From: a virus
Direction: 5' to 3' (one strand)
DNA: 64,000 nt
Virus record (IMG/VR): IMGVR_UViG_3300003324_000465
Location: 42,877-106,876 of that record
The translations under genes were made by a program, and so were the position numbers. The notes below the pieces were generated by a model. It was not told the origin of the DNA. It saw nothing but the letters and a program-made list of their open reading frames with translations, and ran no database searches. Positions 21,139-31,371 of the stretch are shown piece after piece. The stretch's first letter is position 1, and every line of letters begins with the position of its first letter.

Positions 21139-22644
21139 TTAATATGAAACATAACGTATATCGGTATTATTATATGTTGTGCCTATAATAAATACATCAT
21201 CTCGTGTAGGTAAATTATTTATAGGTACAATATCAATCGTCATTCGTGAACCTGTATTACTATGGCGTTTTGCTGTGATACGATATAAACCGCTATATGA
21301 CCATGTTGTATAATCAAACTGTACTATTTCTCCGATATATCTATCAGGATCATAGCCCATTCCTTCCAATGTAATAATTGCCCGCGAATTATTATAGAAG
21401 TCATAATACATCCGTATTAGTCTTTGTGCATGTACTTCACTATCTACATATACATTACTTTCAAGCTCTAATTCTGGTATTCCAGAACCATATGTTACAT
21501 TACCAGATGGTCCCTCTGTTACTGGTCTACCTTGTATATTTATATCCTCAACTGTTAATGGCTCATCTGTTAGATTTTCAAAACTTACTTGTAGTAATGT
21601 TGCATTTAAATAGCTGTATGTTAATTCATATGTAAATGCTAGTTCACTTGTAGATGTTACTTGTCTTCCATCAGGATATACTGCTTTAATACTTGTAAAT
21701 GGTATATTACCCGAAGAGTCTAACGTATATGTATACACAGGCCATTTCATTTCTATTTCTTTTGTAACAATTTCACCGGGTATCACTGCAAACGTATCAT
21801 CTAATTCGTATACAGTCTGTGTCGCCTGTAAATTACGTTCTATGAACTGTGTTTTAATAGTTGCTACTTGATCGCGAGCAGTTTCTTTCTCAGATATTGA
21901 AACAAAGTCATCATCACTTATTTCAAATGGCGTGCCGTTTACTATACCAAAAGATAATGGTTGCTTGTAATATATAACTCCATCATCGTTCTGAAATAAT
22001 TGACCACCTGCTGCTTTTATAAGCTTATTAGCTTCTTCCCATGCATTTTCACCACTTATCCAAGACCATTTAGGTTTTAATAAAGCTTGATCAAATGAAT
22101 AATAAAATAAAGCGCTATCATATGTACTTATTTGTTCATATGGTCTACCACCAGATTCCCACATTATTCTATTTAGTAAACCTGCATTATATCCCGGCTC
22201 ATTTGGATCATCTATACTAGATAATGTTGTTTGCGTAGCTATTGGTCTACGATAAAACATTTCTGTATGTATCTTCTTCCTTTCAATAATTGCGTCCCAT
22301 CCTCTTGCCTCAAATGTCAAATAATGCCCGCTTCTTGATCTATCTGTTAATACACCTTCAAATACCTGTACAAAATCAGCAGTATCGAATGTGAAAGATA
22401 TGCGCACTTTATGCAATTTCCATGCAACACTTGCAAAATCATCTGTCATTTCTATTTTAGCTTTAGGTATTGCATGTATTCCAAAAGCTAATCCATTATT
22501 ATTTGCAGTTATTTCTAGCACTCCATCTACATCGTGAATATAATCATCATTTACAGTAGAATAACTTATACCGTTGTGTATTTCTACACGATATTTAGGT
22601 AATGCAATACTGCTTTCTATTTGATCTCTTGTAGGAAGGCTCAT
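21139..22644 (-). CDS. tail tip / baseplate hub protein
   Basis: Position after the distal tail gene; GGQLFQNDDGVIYY hub-like pattern. Confidence 0.65.
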   Translation of the reverse strand: MSLPTRDQIESSIALPKYRVEIHNGISYSTVNDDYIHDVDGVLEITANNNGLAFGIHAIPKAKIEMTDDFASVAWKLHKVRISFTFDTADFVQVFEGVLTDRSRSGHYLTFEARGWDAIIERKKIHTEMFYRRPIATQTTLSSIDDPNEPGYNAGLLNRIMWESGGRPYEQISTYDSALFYYSFDQALLKPKWSWISGENAWEEANKLIKAAGGQLFQNDDGVIYYKQPLSFGIVNGTPFEISDDDFVSISEKETARDQVATIKTQFIERNLQATQTVYELDDTFAVIPGEIVTKEIEMKWPVYTYTLDSSGNIPFTSIKAVYPDGRQVTSTSELAFTYELTYSYLNATLLQVSFENLTDEPLTVEDINIQGRPVTEGPSGNVTYGSGIPELELESNVYVDSEVHAQRLIRMYYDFYNNSRAIITLEGMGYDPDRYIGEIVQFDYTTWSYSGLYRITAKRHSNTGSRMTIDIVPINNLPTRDDVFIIGTTYNNTDIRYVSY

Positions 22645-22991
22645 TATACTTCCTCAAATACTAATTCTACATTATAATATAATTTATTGTTAGCTTCCCT
22701 CTCAGCATCTAAATCTTCGTTAAATTCACGCGATAATACAGAATAATTTTGATTATTCTCATCATTTAATGTAACTACTGCCGAATTACGATATAATGTA
22801 CGTAATTGAGGTACAGAATCCTCTATAAGACCTTCCCAACTAAGTGACCATCTTTTTTTATACGCACGTAACCATGTACGTAATTTTCCATTCGCCATCC
22901 TATCAGAATCTTCGATCTTAATATCATCTATTTCAACCTTTGTAGGATGAAGCGTTACGCTATTAATAATATATCTTTTTAATGTTGCCAT
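22644..22991 (-). CDS. distal tail protein-like
   Basis: RMANGKLR..KKRWSLSW..YYNVELVFEE; follows the tape measure; likely start MATLKR. Confidence 0.6.
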   Translation of the reverse strand: MATLKRYIINSVTLHPTKVEIDDIKIEDSDRMANGKLRTWLRAYKKRWSLSWEGLIEDSVPQLRTLYRNSAVVTLNDENNQNYSVLSREFNEDLDAEREANNKLYYNVELVFEEV

Positions 22992-23047
22992 ATATCTATT
23001 TAAAAAATAAAACGCGAGCACTATATACCCGCGTTTTATATATTGAA

Positions 23048-25431
23048 TTATAAAGTATTTGATCTTGATGTGTTGCTAAGTATATTACGCATCCCATCCA
23101 GTCTGATGTTTATTTCCTGTACACCTAAAACGAGTGTGTCATTTACTTGCTGTAATTTCGTTTCTAGTCTAATTGTTTGATCAGTCAATGTATCAATTAC
23201 ACCCTGATCTCTTACTGTCCATATACCATTTTGTTGAACAAGTAATACTTGCTGCGATGTTATTGGTATTGGTGCTACAGGTGTAATTGGTAATGGTTCT
23301 GGCGCTGATATTTGCTGTGTATCACCCGCCATAGTATTATCAGATGTTACCTTATCCTGCTTATTTGGAGATTTATTTGCAGCATTTGTAACATCTTGAT
23401 ACAATCCAATCTGCTTTGCAAGTTCTTTGTTTTCTTCACTTACCGCTATTTTTGCACGCTCTGATTGAGCTATTTTAATATCTGCCGCGTTTTGTGCTGC
23501 AATTCCAATTTTTGTAGTTTGCTCCTCATAGGCTGCATTCTCTTCATCTAAACGCTGTTTAGTATCGTTTGTTATTGCATCACCACGAGCAAGTAATTGC
23601 TGTTCTTCTTCTTTTTGAGCATCTTCTATAAGCTTTTTTCTACCAGCTAGAAATTCTAATGCTGCTGCTTTATCACTATCTGATAAATCCTCATCTGCTC
23701 GTATATTTGCGGCTTCTTTTTCAAGATCAAGCAATTCTTGAATATGTTGCTGCTTTAATTTCAAAAAGTCATCTGCTAGTTTAGCCGAACCCGATTGTGC
23801 AATTTCCTGCGCCTTTGCAAATGCCTCTTCATATGCAGCCGCAAACTGTGAAGTATCTACACCTTTAGCATCAGTAAGACCACTATAAAACTGCTCTCTG
23901 CTACGTCGTTTACTTACTTCGTTCTCGGCAATCTGTGCCTGGACTTTCTTTAAATGATCTGCTTGAATTTCTTCGATTTTATTAAAATGCTTACGTTGGG
24001 CTTCTTCTTCCTTATCATTAAATTTCTGAAGATCAGTAAGCAATTTATTATTAATCTTTTCGTTAGGCGTTAATTTAGGAGCGCCACCTCCCTTTTTACG
24101 TTTTTTGCGCTCGTTATCTAATTGTTCTTCCAAACCATTAACTTTCGTTAATGCTTGAAAATATTCCGCTGTACCTACAGTAGTGTTTGCTAACTCATCA
24201 CGAGCTATTTTTAATTTACCTGTTGTATTTGCAATAGCAAATTCATATTCTTTTTGCGCCTTTGTGGCTTGATTGACTGCATCTATATTCTTTAATGCTG
24301 TAGGTAAATCTGCTACACCACCTAAAACATTTTCAGGTACTTGCCCTCTACCTGATGTATTTGGCGGGCTTAATGCTAATCGCGCTCTTGCTATTTCTAA
24401 TTGACTAAGTGCGCTGATTAAACCAAATGCTTCACCTGTAGTGATATTTAATTGATTTGCTAAAAATGCCGCTGCTTCTGCTGTTACTCCTAATCCTTGC
24501 GCCGCAGCTAATGCTGTGCTCGTTAACTCTTCTTGACGTTGTTTTAAAGCATCTGTTTGAATTTGACTATTAACAGCTTCTAAGGCGCTTGCATTCAATT
24601 CTTGTGAAAATATGTTTTGAGCACCAGCCGCATCTTGTGTAGCAGATGTATTTGCAGCATTAGCTTGATTAGCTTGTTCAGTTGCATTTACATAAATGCT
24701 TAATAAATTCGTAGCCTCTCCAAGACTTAACGATTGCTGTCCTACTGCTACAGCATAATTTTCTGCTACTAATGCACCTTGATCTGATACACTCGCGGCG
24801 GATAATGCAGCTACTTGAAATTTTTGCAATTCTGATGCGCTTGCATTTGCCGATACGCCTGTTGAACTGAATATCTGACTAATACCTGTTAATAACGGCT
24901 GCAATTGCTGCAATCGCCCAAGTATTTCATCAGTACCCACACCTATTAACTGTAAGTTTTTAGCAAATTCAAATTGAGCGCCGGATAATTGAGTAAATCC
25001 AGCAGCATAAAATGGTAACTGTGCATTTGCAGCGGCTACTTTTGCATTAAATTGATCAACACTTACACTGCTTTGTAAAAACGCAGTAGTGATATTTGTT
25101 ATTTGTTCGCCTTGTGCAGATAGATTTGTTAATGCTGTTGCAAGTATATTTAATTCACTTGTTAATCCTTTTGCAGCCGGTAATAATAATCCGCCTAATG
25201 CTTGTCCTAGCTGTGCTAATGCATCACCAGCAGCACCTTTTAATTTATCGTACTCTACCGCAGTTGTATTTGCACTTGCCGCTATTAACTCTTGCGTGAT
25301 ACCTAGCTTTGCAAGCTCTTGATTAAGTGCCGCGAATTTTGCTGTAGGATCGGATATTTTATTTAAATCATTAAGAATTTGACGTGGAATCTCGAAGCGC
25401 CTGGCAAGGCTCGTGATGTCTCCTGAGAAAA
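23048..25431 (-). CDS. tail tape measure protein, exon 2
   Basis: The frame continues upstream of the ORF-track start at 24940 (checked by hand over most of the interval); spliced junction reads ASIALKE-FFSGDITSLARRFEIPR; spliced gene 3105 nt, 1034 aa. Confidence 0.85.
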
Positions 25432-26313
25432 CATTTTGTTATCTTGTGAGCTTTTTATCTCACAATTCTATATCTTTCGTTATTTAATATAGTTCGGCGT
25501 ACATTTTTACCTATGAATAGGTATCTGCCACTCTTGGATTTAGTATTATATTCCTCTACTCTTACGATACTTCCAGATATATTTATAATTAGTATTAAAT
25601 ATTTTTGCTATTTCTGCGCTTGATTTACCTTCACTAATCAATTTTACTATAAGATCATAATCAATTTTTGATTCTCTATCTTTACTAATAGGCTTTCTAC
25701 GAGGTATCGAATTACGCTCTAAAGCTTTAACTATACCGCCTATACTCATGCCTATACGTTTTGATATTTCTTTAACTTTGATATTAGCCTGATACATTTC
25801 TATAATATACTGTTCCTGTTCTTTTGTTAATCGAGTATCTTTAACGCCGTCATGTTTTCCAGTGCGAATATTATAACCATTAGGTACAAGACTATTATAT
25901 TTAGTAATATATTGTTCTTCTAATGAATCAAGCTGATCCTGATCTTTTATATCTGATTCAAGTATATGTATTTCAAACGAGTCTATACCATACTTTGTGA
26001 TTGCAGCCTTTAATAAAGGGCTACCATCACCGCTAACATGTACCTTGAGTCTACGTCTCAAATACTTTGTTTGTCCTATGTATTTTTTATTATTTATTTT
26101 ATTGACAAACATATAAATAGTACCGTTCATTTTTATATCTCCTATGAATAATATAATATCTCCTGTATATTACTCCATAGTTAGATATTTGTCAAGTAGA
26201 TGGTTTCAACGATCTACGCTCTACACTGCTACACCTCTTTTAAAAAGTGCAGTTAGCACGGTATTAGCATTTCAGCTTTCACCGTTTTTGACAGATTTTA
26301 AAAGAGCATTTCT
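25432..26313 (-). mobile_element. group I intron (882 nt) in the tape measure gene
   Basis: P1 AAAGAGU/GCUCUUU with U.G at the 5' splice site, P3 AUCUGUCA/UGGCAGAU, AACGGUGAAA..AAUACCGUGCUAA core, P7 GCGUA/UACGC, terminal G; removal restores the frame. Confidence 0.9.
25546..26130 (-). CDS. intron-encoded GIY-YIG homing endonuclease with C-terminal HTH repeats
   Basis: GTIYMFVNKINNKKYIGQT, R..H, EEQYITKYNSLVPNGYN. Confidence 0.92.
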   Translation of the reverse strand: MNGTIYMFVNKINNKKYIGQTKYLRRRLKVHVSGDGSPLLKAAITKYGIDSFEIHILESDIKDQDQLDSLEEQYITKYNSLVPNGYNIRTGKHDGVKDTRLTKEQEQYIIEMYQANIKVKEISKRIGMSIGGIVKALERNSIPRRKPISKDRESKIDYDLIVKLISEGKSSAEIAKIFNTNYKYIWKYRKSRGI

Positions 26314-27034
26314 ACTCTTTAAGCGCAATTGAAGCGCCTTTAAATCCCTGTGCAGGATCAATAATAGCTAAACCCCTTGCAGTTTCAGCAAGTTTATTTA
26401 GCTCAATTCCCGTTCTTCTTGATAAATTAACAAAGCCTGACAAATTCTCTAACGTATCAGTTAAAGAACCCCCGAACTTTTGTTGTTGTTGTTTTGCAAT
26501 TTCAAGATTTTTTATATATTGTTCTTGACTACCAGACAATGCACGAAATGTAGCTTCTTGCTTTTCTAGGGCATTTCCTGCTTCTATAACTGCCGCGAAT
26601 GTTTGTGCAGCTTGTGTAACAACCAAGTATGATCCAATAAGACCTTGAAATACTTGCCCTAGTTTTGCGAAGGACAGTTGAGACTTTTCTACTGCTGCTT
26701 CCTGTCGAGCAATTGTACCTTGCAATTGATTAAGTGCATTGTTAGCGGCTGTCGTATTAGGCGTTACCTGTTCGATTGCTGTAGCTAGTATTTGCTGTGC
26801 TCCCGCTACATCACCTTGCTTTTCTGCTACTTGTGCAAGCGATCGAGCATAAGCTAATAAACCCTGTTCATTCTTACGTGTTACAGGATCAAGCTCTGCC
26901 ATAGCAGCATCATACTGTCTTGCACTAGTAACGCCTCTCTGCATGTCTGTTTGTATTTTTTGCAATAGACTACTAAGGCCAACATCTTTACCTTGTAATA
27001 CTACTGATATTGTACCACCTTGTATTGTAGCCAT
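26314..27034 (-). CDS. tail tape measure protein, exon 1
   Basis: Ala/Gln-rich helical N-terminus, IDPAQGFKGASIALKE; follows the tail assembly chaperones. Confidence 0.85.
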
Positions 27035-27043
27035 ATATACCTA

Positions 27044-27328
27044 CTATTGTAATTTCTTTAAATGATCTAATAATTGTTTCTCGCGTTTTTCAGCATCTTC
27101 TTGTTGTTTCTTTATTTTACGCGCATTATCTGCTGTTATAATCTTCGTGCGTAATTTAATTTCATCCTCTATATCAAACATTGTCATATTCTTAAAATCA
27201 CTTATACGTTTATGACCAGACTCAATTTGATCTTGATAGAGTATACCGATAAACGTTAAATATTCTTCTGCTATAGCTAATCTATTTTTCCTGCGCGCCA
27301 TTTCTATTTTGTAACTTATAATAGACAT
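27044..27328 (-). CDS. tail assembly chaperone, downstream (gpT-like) ORF
   Basis: Between the chaperone and tape measure; TAATG overlap. Confidence 0.55.
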   Translation of the reverse strand: MSIISYKIEMARRKNRLAIAEEYLTFIGILYQDQIESGHKRISDFKNMTMFDIEDEIKLRTKIITADNARKIKKQQEDAEKREKQLLDHLKKLQ

Positions 27329-27741
27329 TATTTTTTAGTAGCTAAGTCGTTCGCTTGTTTAATACTGCTAATATAACTATCCCATACCGTTTTACTTACT
27401 CTTCCAATTGACCATATTTCATCTGCAAGCTCTTTTACAAATTCACCATTCTTTTCACCAAGACCTTGTGCTTTGATGAATGTAAATTTTGGTCTCATTA
27501 CACCTTCTACAACAGTCCAATATGCAAATAGCGTATCATCTACTTCTGTTTTTTGTGTGTCTTTATCTGTTACTAATGACTTTTTATTTATGCGGCCCAT
27601 TTGTTCAAATGTCAATGCACGTATACGGAATTTTTTCTTCCATCCTATAATGCGTACATCTGCTTCAATAATATCATCTTCTTGTAAAAGATCATCCGCA
27701 TTTTCATAGTATTCATCATTTTCTGGATACCTATCAACCAT
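27328..27741 (-). CDS. tail assembly chaperone (gpG-like)
   Basis: Position after tail tube; FRIRALT..EGVMRPKF pattern. Confidence 0.7.
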   Translation of the reverse strand: MVDRYPENDEYYENADDLLQEDDIIEADVRIIGWKKKFRIRALTFEQMGRINKKSLVTDKDTQKTEVDDTLFAYWTVVEGVMRPKFTFIKAQGLGEKNGEFVKELADEIWSIGRVSKTVWDSYISSIKQANDLATKK

Positions 27742-27757
27742 ATATTTTTCCTTATAT

Positions 27758-27795
27758 AAAAAATAACTCCCCCTTGAAATAAATCGCGGGGGAGT
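27758..27795 (-). terminator. intrinsic terminator after the tail tube gene
   Basis: ACTCCCCC/GGGGGAGT stem followed by a U-run on the minus strand. Confidence 0.6.
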
Positions 27796-27802
27796 ATATA
27801 CC

Positions 27803-28083
27803 TTATGCTACTGTGAATGTACCACTTGAAGAGAAATCAAAAGATACTGTTACCGTCTCTCCTGCATCTTGAGACATAGAGAAGGTTGTTACTGTACCGG
27901 ATGGAATTGTTACTGTGTATCCACCTGTAGTAGTAAGAACTAACGTTATAGGTGAACTATTTAAAGCACCAGATATTAACGTTGTTTGCCCACTATCTTT
28001 ACCAACAGGAATTGTTGCTTCTAGTGTACCTGTTAATTTACGGGATGTTGTGTATGTGTATAATACACCATTATCGCCAATGA
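27803..28083 (-). CDS. major tail tube protein, exon 2
   Basis: IGDNGVLYTYTTSRKLTGTLE...GETVTVSFDFSSSGTFTVA; missed by the ORF track; spliced product 131 aa. Confidence 0.85.
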
Positions 28084-28951
28084 CCTTATATTTAATGTTA
28101 CATATTTCTATATAACCTACATATTACTATGTAGAGTAGATCATATCACCATCTACTTTAGTAGAGGTATCCATACGAAAATATTTGGAAGTCTGCGTAT
28201 GTATATCTAATTTATACTCATATGATGGTTTAACATATGGTGTAATACCTTCTATAAATCTTTTAGCATAATCTTTTCGTGCTTGTAATCTATAACCATA
28301 CGTTTCTTTAAATTTGCGACGCTGAATATCAAAAGGTATATTAGTATATTCATAAATAGCTCTCTGTAACAAAACAACATCACCATAAGTAAAATTATCT
28401 GTTGCTATACGAATACGTACATAATTCTCTTGAGTTATTCTAGGACTAACCTCTATATAACCATCATCTTGGTATAATATTGCTAATGTTTCCCAATCTA
28501 ACAATTTCAGGTCATGCGGAGATATTTGCTTTATTTTTCTTTCCGTATAAATACGTTCATACAATGTCGTATAAAACGGATGTGTTTTAGTTTCTATGCG
28601 TATAGATGCTTTTGCCTTTGCGCCTTGAATATTTATATACGCTGGAATATCACGCCAATTAACCGAGGTTAGTGTTTCAAGAATATTAGCTTGCCATTCA
28701 ATGTAATCTTTATGGATCGATAACTGATGTAATCCGTAATTTGCATTTTTATTACGTTTTGTCATCCATCCATCACCTAATGTAAATGAGAATATATACT
28801 TAGTTAGTTCTTTTCTTCCAATTTCTTTCATGATCGTTACACATTCCTTTATTCAGGATTAGCACGGTATTGACCTTCTATTAAGGCGTTTCACCGTTTT
28901 TAGGATACTTTTCATTATATATTACTATATAATGCCGCTCTTGTCAATCGA
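28084..28951 (-). mobile_element. group I intron (868 nt) in the tail tube gene
   Basis: P1 GCCGU/GCGGC with U.G, P3 GUAUCC/GGAUAC, AACGGUGAAA..AAUACCGUGCUAA, P7 GAUCAU/AUGAUC, terminal G; junction reads VGP-F-IGD. Confidence 0.88.
28127..28831 (-). CDS. intron-encoded LAGLIDADG homing endonuclease
   Basis: SFTLGDGWM and LAILYQDDGY two-motif LAGLIDADG pattern. Confidence 0.9.
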   Translation of the reverse strand: MKEIGRKELTKYIFSFTLGDGWMTKRNKNANYGLHQLSIHKDYIEWQANILETLTSVNWRDIPAYINIQGAKAKASIRIETKTHPFYTTLYERIYTERKIKQISPHDLKLLDWETLAILYQDDGYIEVSPRITQENYVRIRIATDNFTYGDVVLLQRAIYEYTNIPFDIQRRKFKETYGYRLQARKDYAKRFIEGITPYVKPSYEYKLDIHTQTSKYFRMDTSTKVDGDMIYST

Positions 28952-29066
28952 ACGGCCCAACGGTCTTCTCATCTGTCTCTAAATTTACTTCCCAATTATT
29001 AACAAAGCCAGTAGCAATACCCTCTGCGGTAATTGTACCTTCGTAACCTTTAATTGGCTGTGCCAT
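28952..29066 (-). CDS. major tail tube protein, exon 1
   Basis: GAGG SD then MAQPIKGYEGTITAEGIATGFVNNWEVNLETDEKTVGP. Confidence 0.85.
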
Positions 29067-29087
29067 TATTATTTTACCTCATTTTAT

Positions 29088-29507
29088 TTATGTACTATCT
29101 TTTGGGTATACGCCAAACTCGACAATGAGTCCTGCTGTATATATATTACCCGTTGTTATTTTTTCAATAGGAAACCATTGTGGATTTGTTATATCGGCAC
29201 TAATATCATAATGAGCATGTGCAAGTGCAGGTAATGCTTCTGCTAACTCAATAGCTTTATCCCAAGCTTCTGTTTTTGACATAGACATCACACGGAATGT
29301 TATCTGTCCTATCCATGCATTTGAACCTATTTTGTTTTTTTGGAACCCGCCTGCATCCTGACTTTGATATACTGCTCGCGGAAAATTACTTGACGTAGGC
29401 GCTACAATGTTATATAAACGCCCTTCAAATAATGGCGCTAAATACATACTGAATACAAGATCCAAAGCGGGTAATACACGTGCGAAAAATGCTTTATCAA
29501 TTGCCAT
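29088..29507 (-). CDS. tail terminator / tail completion protein
   Basis: Position before the tail tube; GRLYNIVAP..FPRAVY pattern. Confidence 0.7.
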   Translation of the reverse strand: MAIDKAFFARVLPALDLVFSMYLAPLFEGRLYNIVAPTSSNFPRAVYQSQDAGGFQKNKIGSNAWIGQITFRVMSMSKTEAWDKAIELAEALPALAHAHYDISADITNPQWFPIEKITTGNIYTAGLIVEFGVYPKDST

Positions 29508-29515
29508 ATATACCT

Positions 29516-29896
29516 TTATGTTGTAGTAATTGTTATTTGTGGGTTTCCTATAATCTTACCGAAATCTTTTGTAAATATACGATCACCAGATGTTTTTACT
29601 TGTATATCATAAAAATATTCGCTGCTTGGTGACAATAACAACGTCTCACTTGAACTTAATGTGAATTTAACATGGCCTGTACCATCTATACCAATATCGG
29701 ATATAACACCATCACCATTACTACCGCTATTTATCACTTTCTGCATAATGGCATCCGCGTCTGTATCTGTTATTTTTCTTTTAACCGTAAACCACGCTGT
29801 TGTTAATGTTTCTCCTACAGGAATATTAGATATGTCTCTTTCAATATCAACATTGTCGCCTACAAAAAAATCACTGATTTCATTCAATGTAATCAT
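29516..29896 (-). CDS. virion structural protein (BppU N-terminal-like)
   Basis: GD start, AWFTVK, YFYDIQV motifs. Confidence 0.55.
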   Translation of the reverse strand: MITLNEISDFFVGDNVDIERDISNIPVGETLTTAWFTVKRKITDTDADAIMQKVINSGSNGDGVISDIGIDGTGHVKFTLSSSETLLLSPSSEYFYDIQVKTSGDRIFTKDFGKIIGNPQITITTT

Positions 29897-30225
29897 TTTA
29901 TACCTAATTTTTTAATAATATGGAATGTGAAGTCGATATGTTTAATGGCTACTGAAAGATATGGCTGTGCTGGCATAAATGCAGTACCATATTCTTGCGC
30001 TATTGCTCTATCATCTGGTAAATCATTACCAAAAGATACTTCTACGCTAAAAGGTCCAGTCATAACAACTTTACCACTATTTTTAAGTTGCCCCGATTTT
30101 TCTGGTGCTAATTGACGTGCAAGATCATGTAAATCTTTCCCGGCTTCATGTAATCCATCAGTTATTACATCTTTTACACGGTTTTGAAAAGCAATAAAAT
30201 TTGTTAAGTCTGTGTTTACTGGCAT
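29893..30225 (-). CDS. neck protein (HK97 gp10-like)
   Basis: APEKSGQLKNS, QEYGTAFMPAQPYL. Confidence 0.85.
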   Translation of the reverse strand: MPVNTDLTNFIAFQNRVKDVITDGLHEAGKDLHDLARQLAPEKSGQLKNSGKVVMTGPFSVEVSFGNDLPDDRAIAQEYGTAFMPAQPYLSVAIKHIDFTFHIIKKLGIK

Positions 30226-30629
30226 TATGTCTCTTCCTGTAAAAATATAATAAACGCACCAGTCATACCATGATGCGGCGGGACAAAAACGACATTAAAT
30301 ACTCTTTGACTATCTAATGCTATATCATTAAATTCGATCATATCTCCTTGATTGATCTCTGTCCCATATGGTAATTGTAGTCTATATAAACCAGTAAAAA
30401 AAGATTGTTGTGTAGCACGCTCTTGACTAGCTATGTTTACATCTTCACTACCAGATCGAACAATAAATCGGCATTTCGTTGTTACTGGTCCTGTATATAT
30501 TGGAATAGATTCACCATTAACAATCGATTCACCAATCTTTCTACGTATATTGCATGTATCTGTTAGAAATAATTCGCATTGCTCCCTTATATAGCTTACC
30601 TGTTGTTTAACTAGTAGCTGAAAGCTCAT
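30225..30629 (-). CDS. head closure / head-tail joining protein
   Basis: DTCNIRR..LQLPYGTEINQGD pattern and position. Confidence 0.7.
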   Translation of the reverse strand: MSFQLLVKQQVSYIREQCELFLTDTCNIRRKIGESIVNGESIPIYTGPVTTKCRFIVRSGSEDVNIASQERATQQSFFTGLYRLQLPYGTEINQGDMIEFNDIALDSQRVFNVVFVPPHHGMTGAFIIFLQEET

Positions 30630-31137
30630 TTATACGACCCTCTATTGTTTTTATTACGTTAATCGAGCGATCTAACTCAGTAGCCGCCTCTTTAATTCTA
30701 ATTAAACTAACGTCACTTGTTATAGTAGATAAACGCTTTTTCAAAGCAGTTAATTGACGAATGTTTGCTATATCTTTCACATCTCGATCAGTTAGCATAT
30801 TAGAATTATCAATACTAGGCGCTGTTAATGTATATTCTTTAATCAATCCGCGTTCTATTAAAGATTTATTCCATCGCTCAAATACTCTCGCTTCTGTATC
30901 AGAATAAAGTTCTAATACCTCATCGTCATACGAAAATCGTGTATGGTTTAATTTAGGCGATCCTTCTGCTTGCGTAATAAACTCAATATCTTTCTCTGGC
31001 GTTATCAAAAGAAAATCAAGTCTGTTTTCTGGTCTATGCGGATCAACTCGCCATCCCGAAACACGATATAATACTGTCTTTACATAGCGCTTTACAACAC
31101 GATCATTAAATTCTAAAAACTGATGATTGATACTCAT
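30607..31137 (-). CDS. hypothetical protein downstream of the capsid gene
   Basis: ORF with GGAG SD. Confidence 0.6.
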   Translation of the reverse strand: MSINHQFLEFNDRVVKRYVKTVLYRVSGWRVDPHRPENRLDFLLITPEKDIEFITQAEGSPKLNHTRFSYDDEVLELYSDTEARVFERWNKSLIERGLIKEYTLTAPSIDNSNMLTDRDVKDIANIRQLTALKKRLSTITSDVSLIRIKEAATELDRSINVIKTIEGRINELSATS

Positions 31138-31198
31138 ATGTACTTTTTCTCCCTTATATTATCCATGCGCTCTATAACTTATGATAGAGTAGCTGTAT

Positions 31199-31245
31199 AA
31201 AAAATAATATCCCTCATGCATGTGTGATTATGAGGGATATTATTT
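31199..31245 (-). terminator. intrinsic terminator after the major capsid gene
   Basis: AATAATATCCCTCAT/ATGAGGGATATTATT stem beside an A-run. Confidence 0.6.
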
Positions 31246-31272
31246 AATCATATTATTTTTTATCGACGGTTC

Positions 31273-31371
31273 TACCAGAAGCCCTACAAGATTTCACCCA
31301 TATCAGAGTATGGATTTAACCCTATCGTGCCTCTACGAGGCTCCTATGGGCCTTGTAGGGCATTCTGTGAG
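31273..31371. repeat. dispersed inverted-repeat-bounded element, copy 3
   Basis: CCAGAAGCCCTACAAG...CGTGCC...CTTGTAGGGCATTCTG. Confidence 0.6.
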
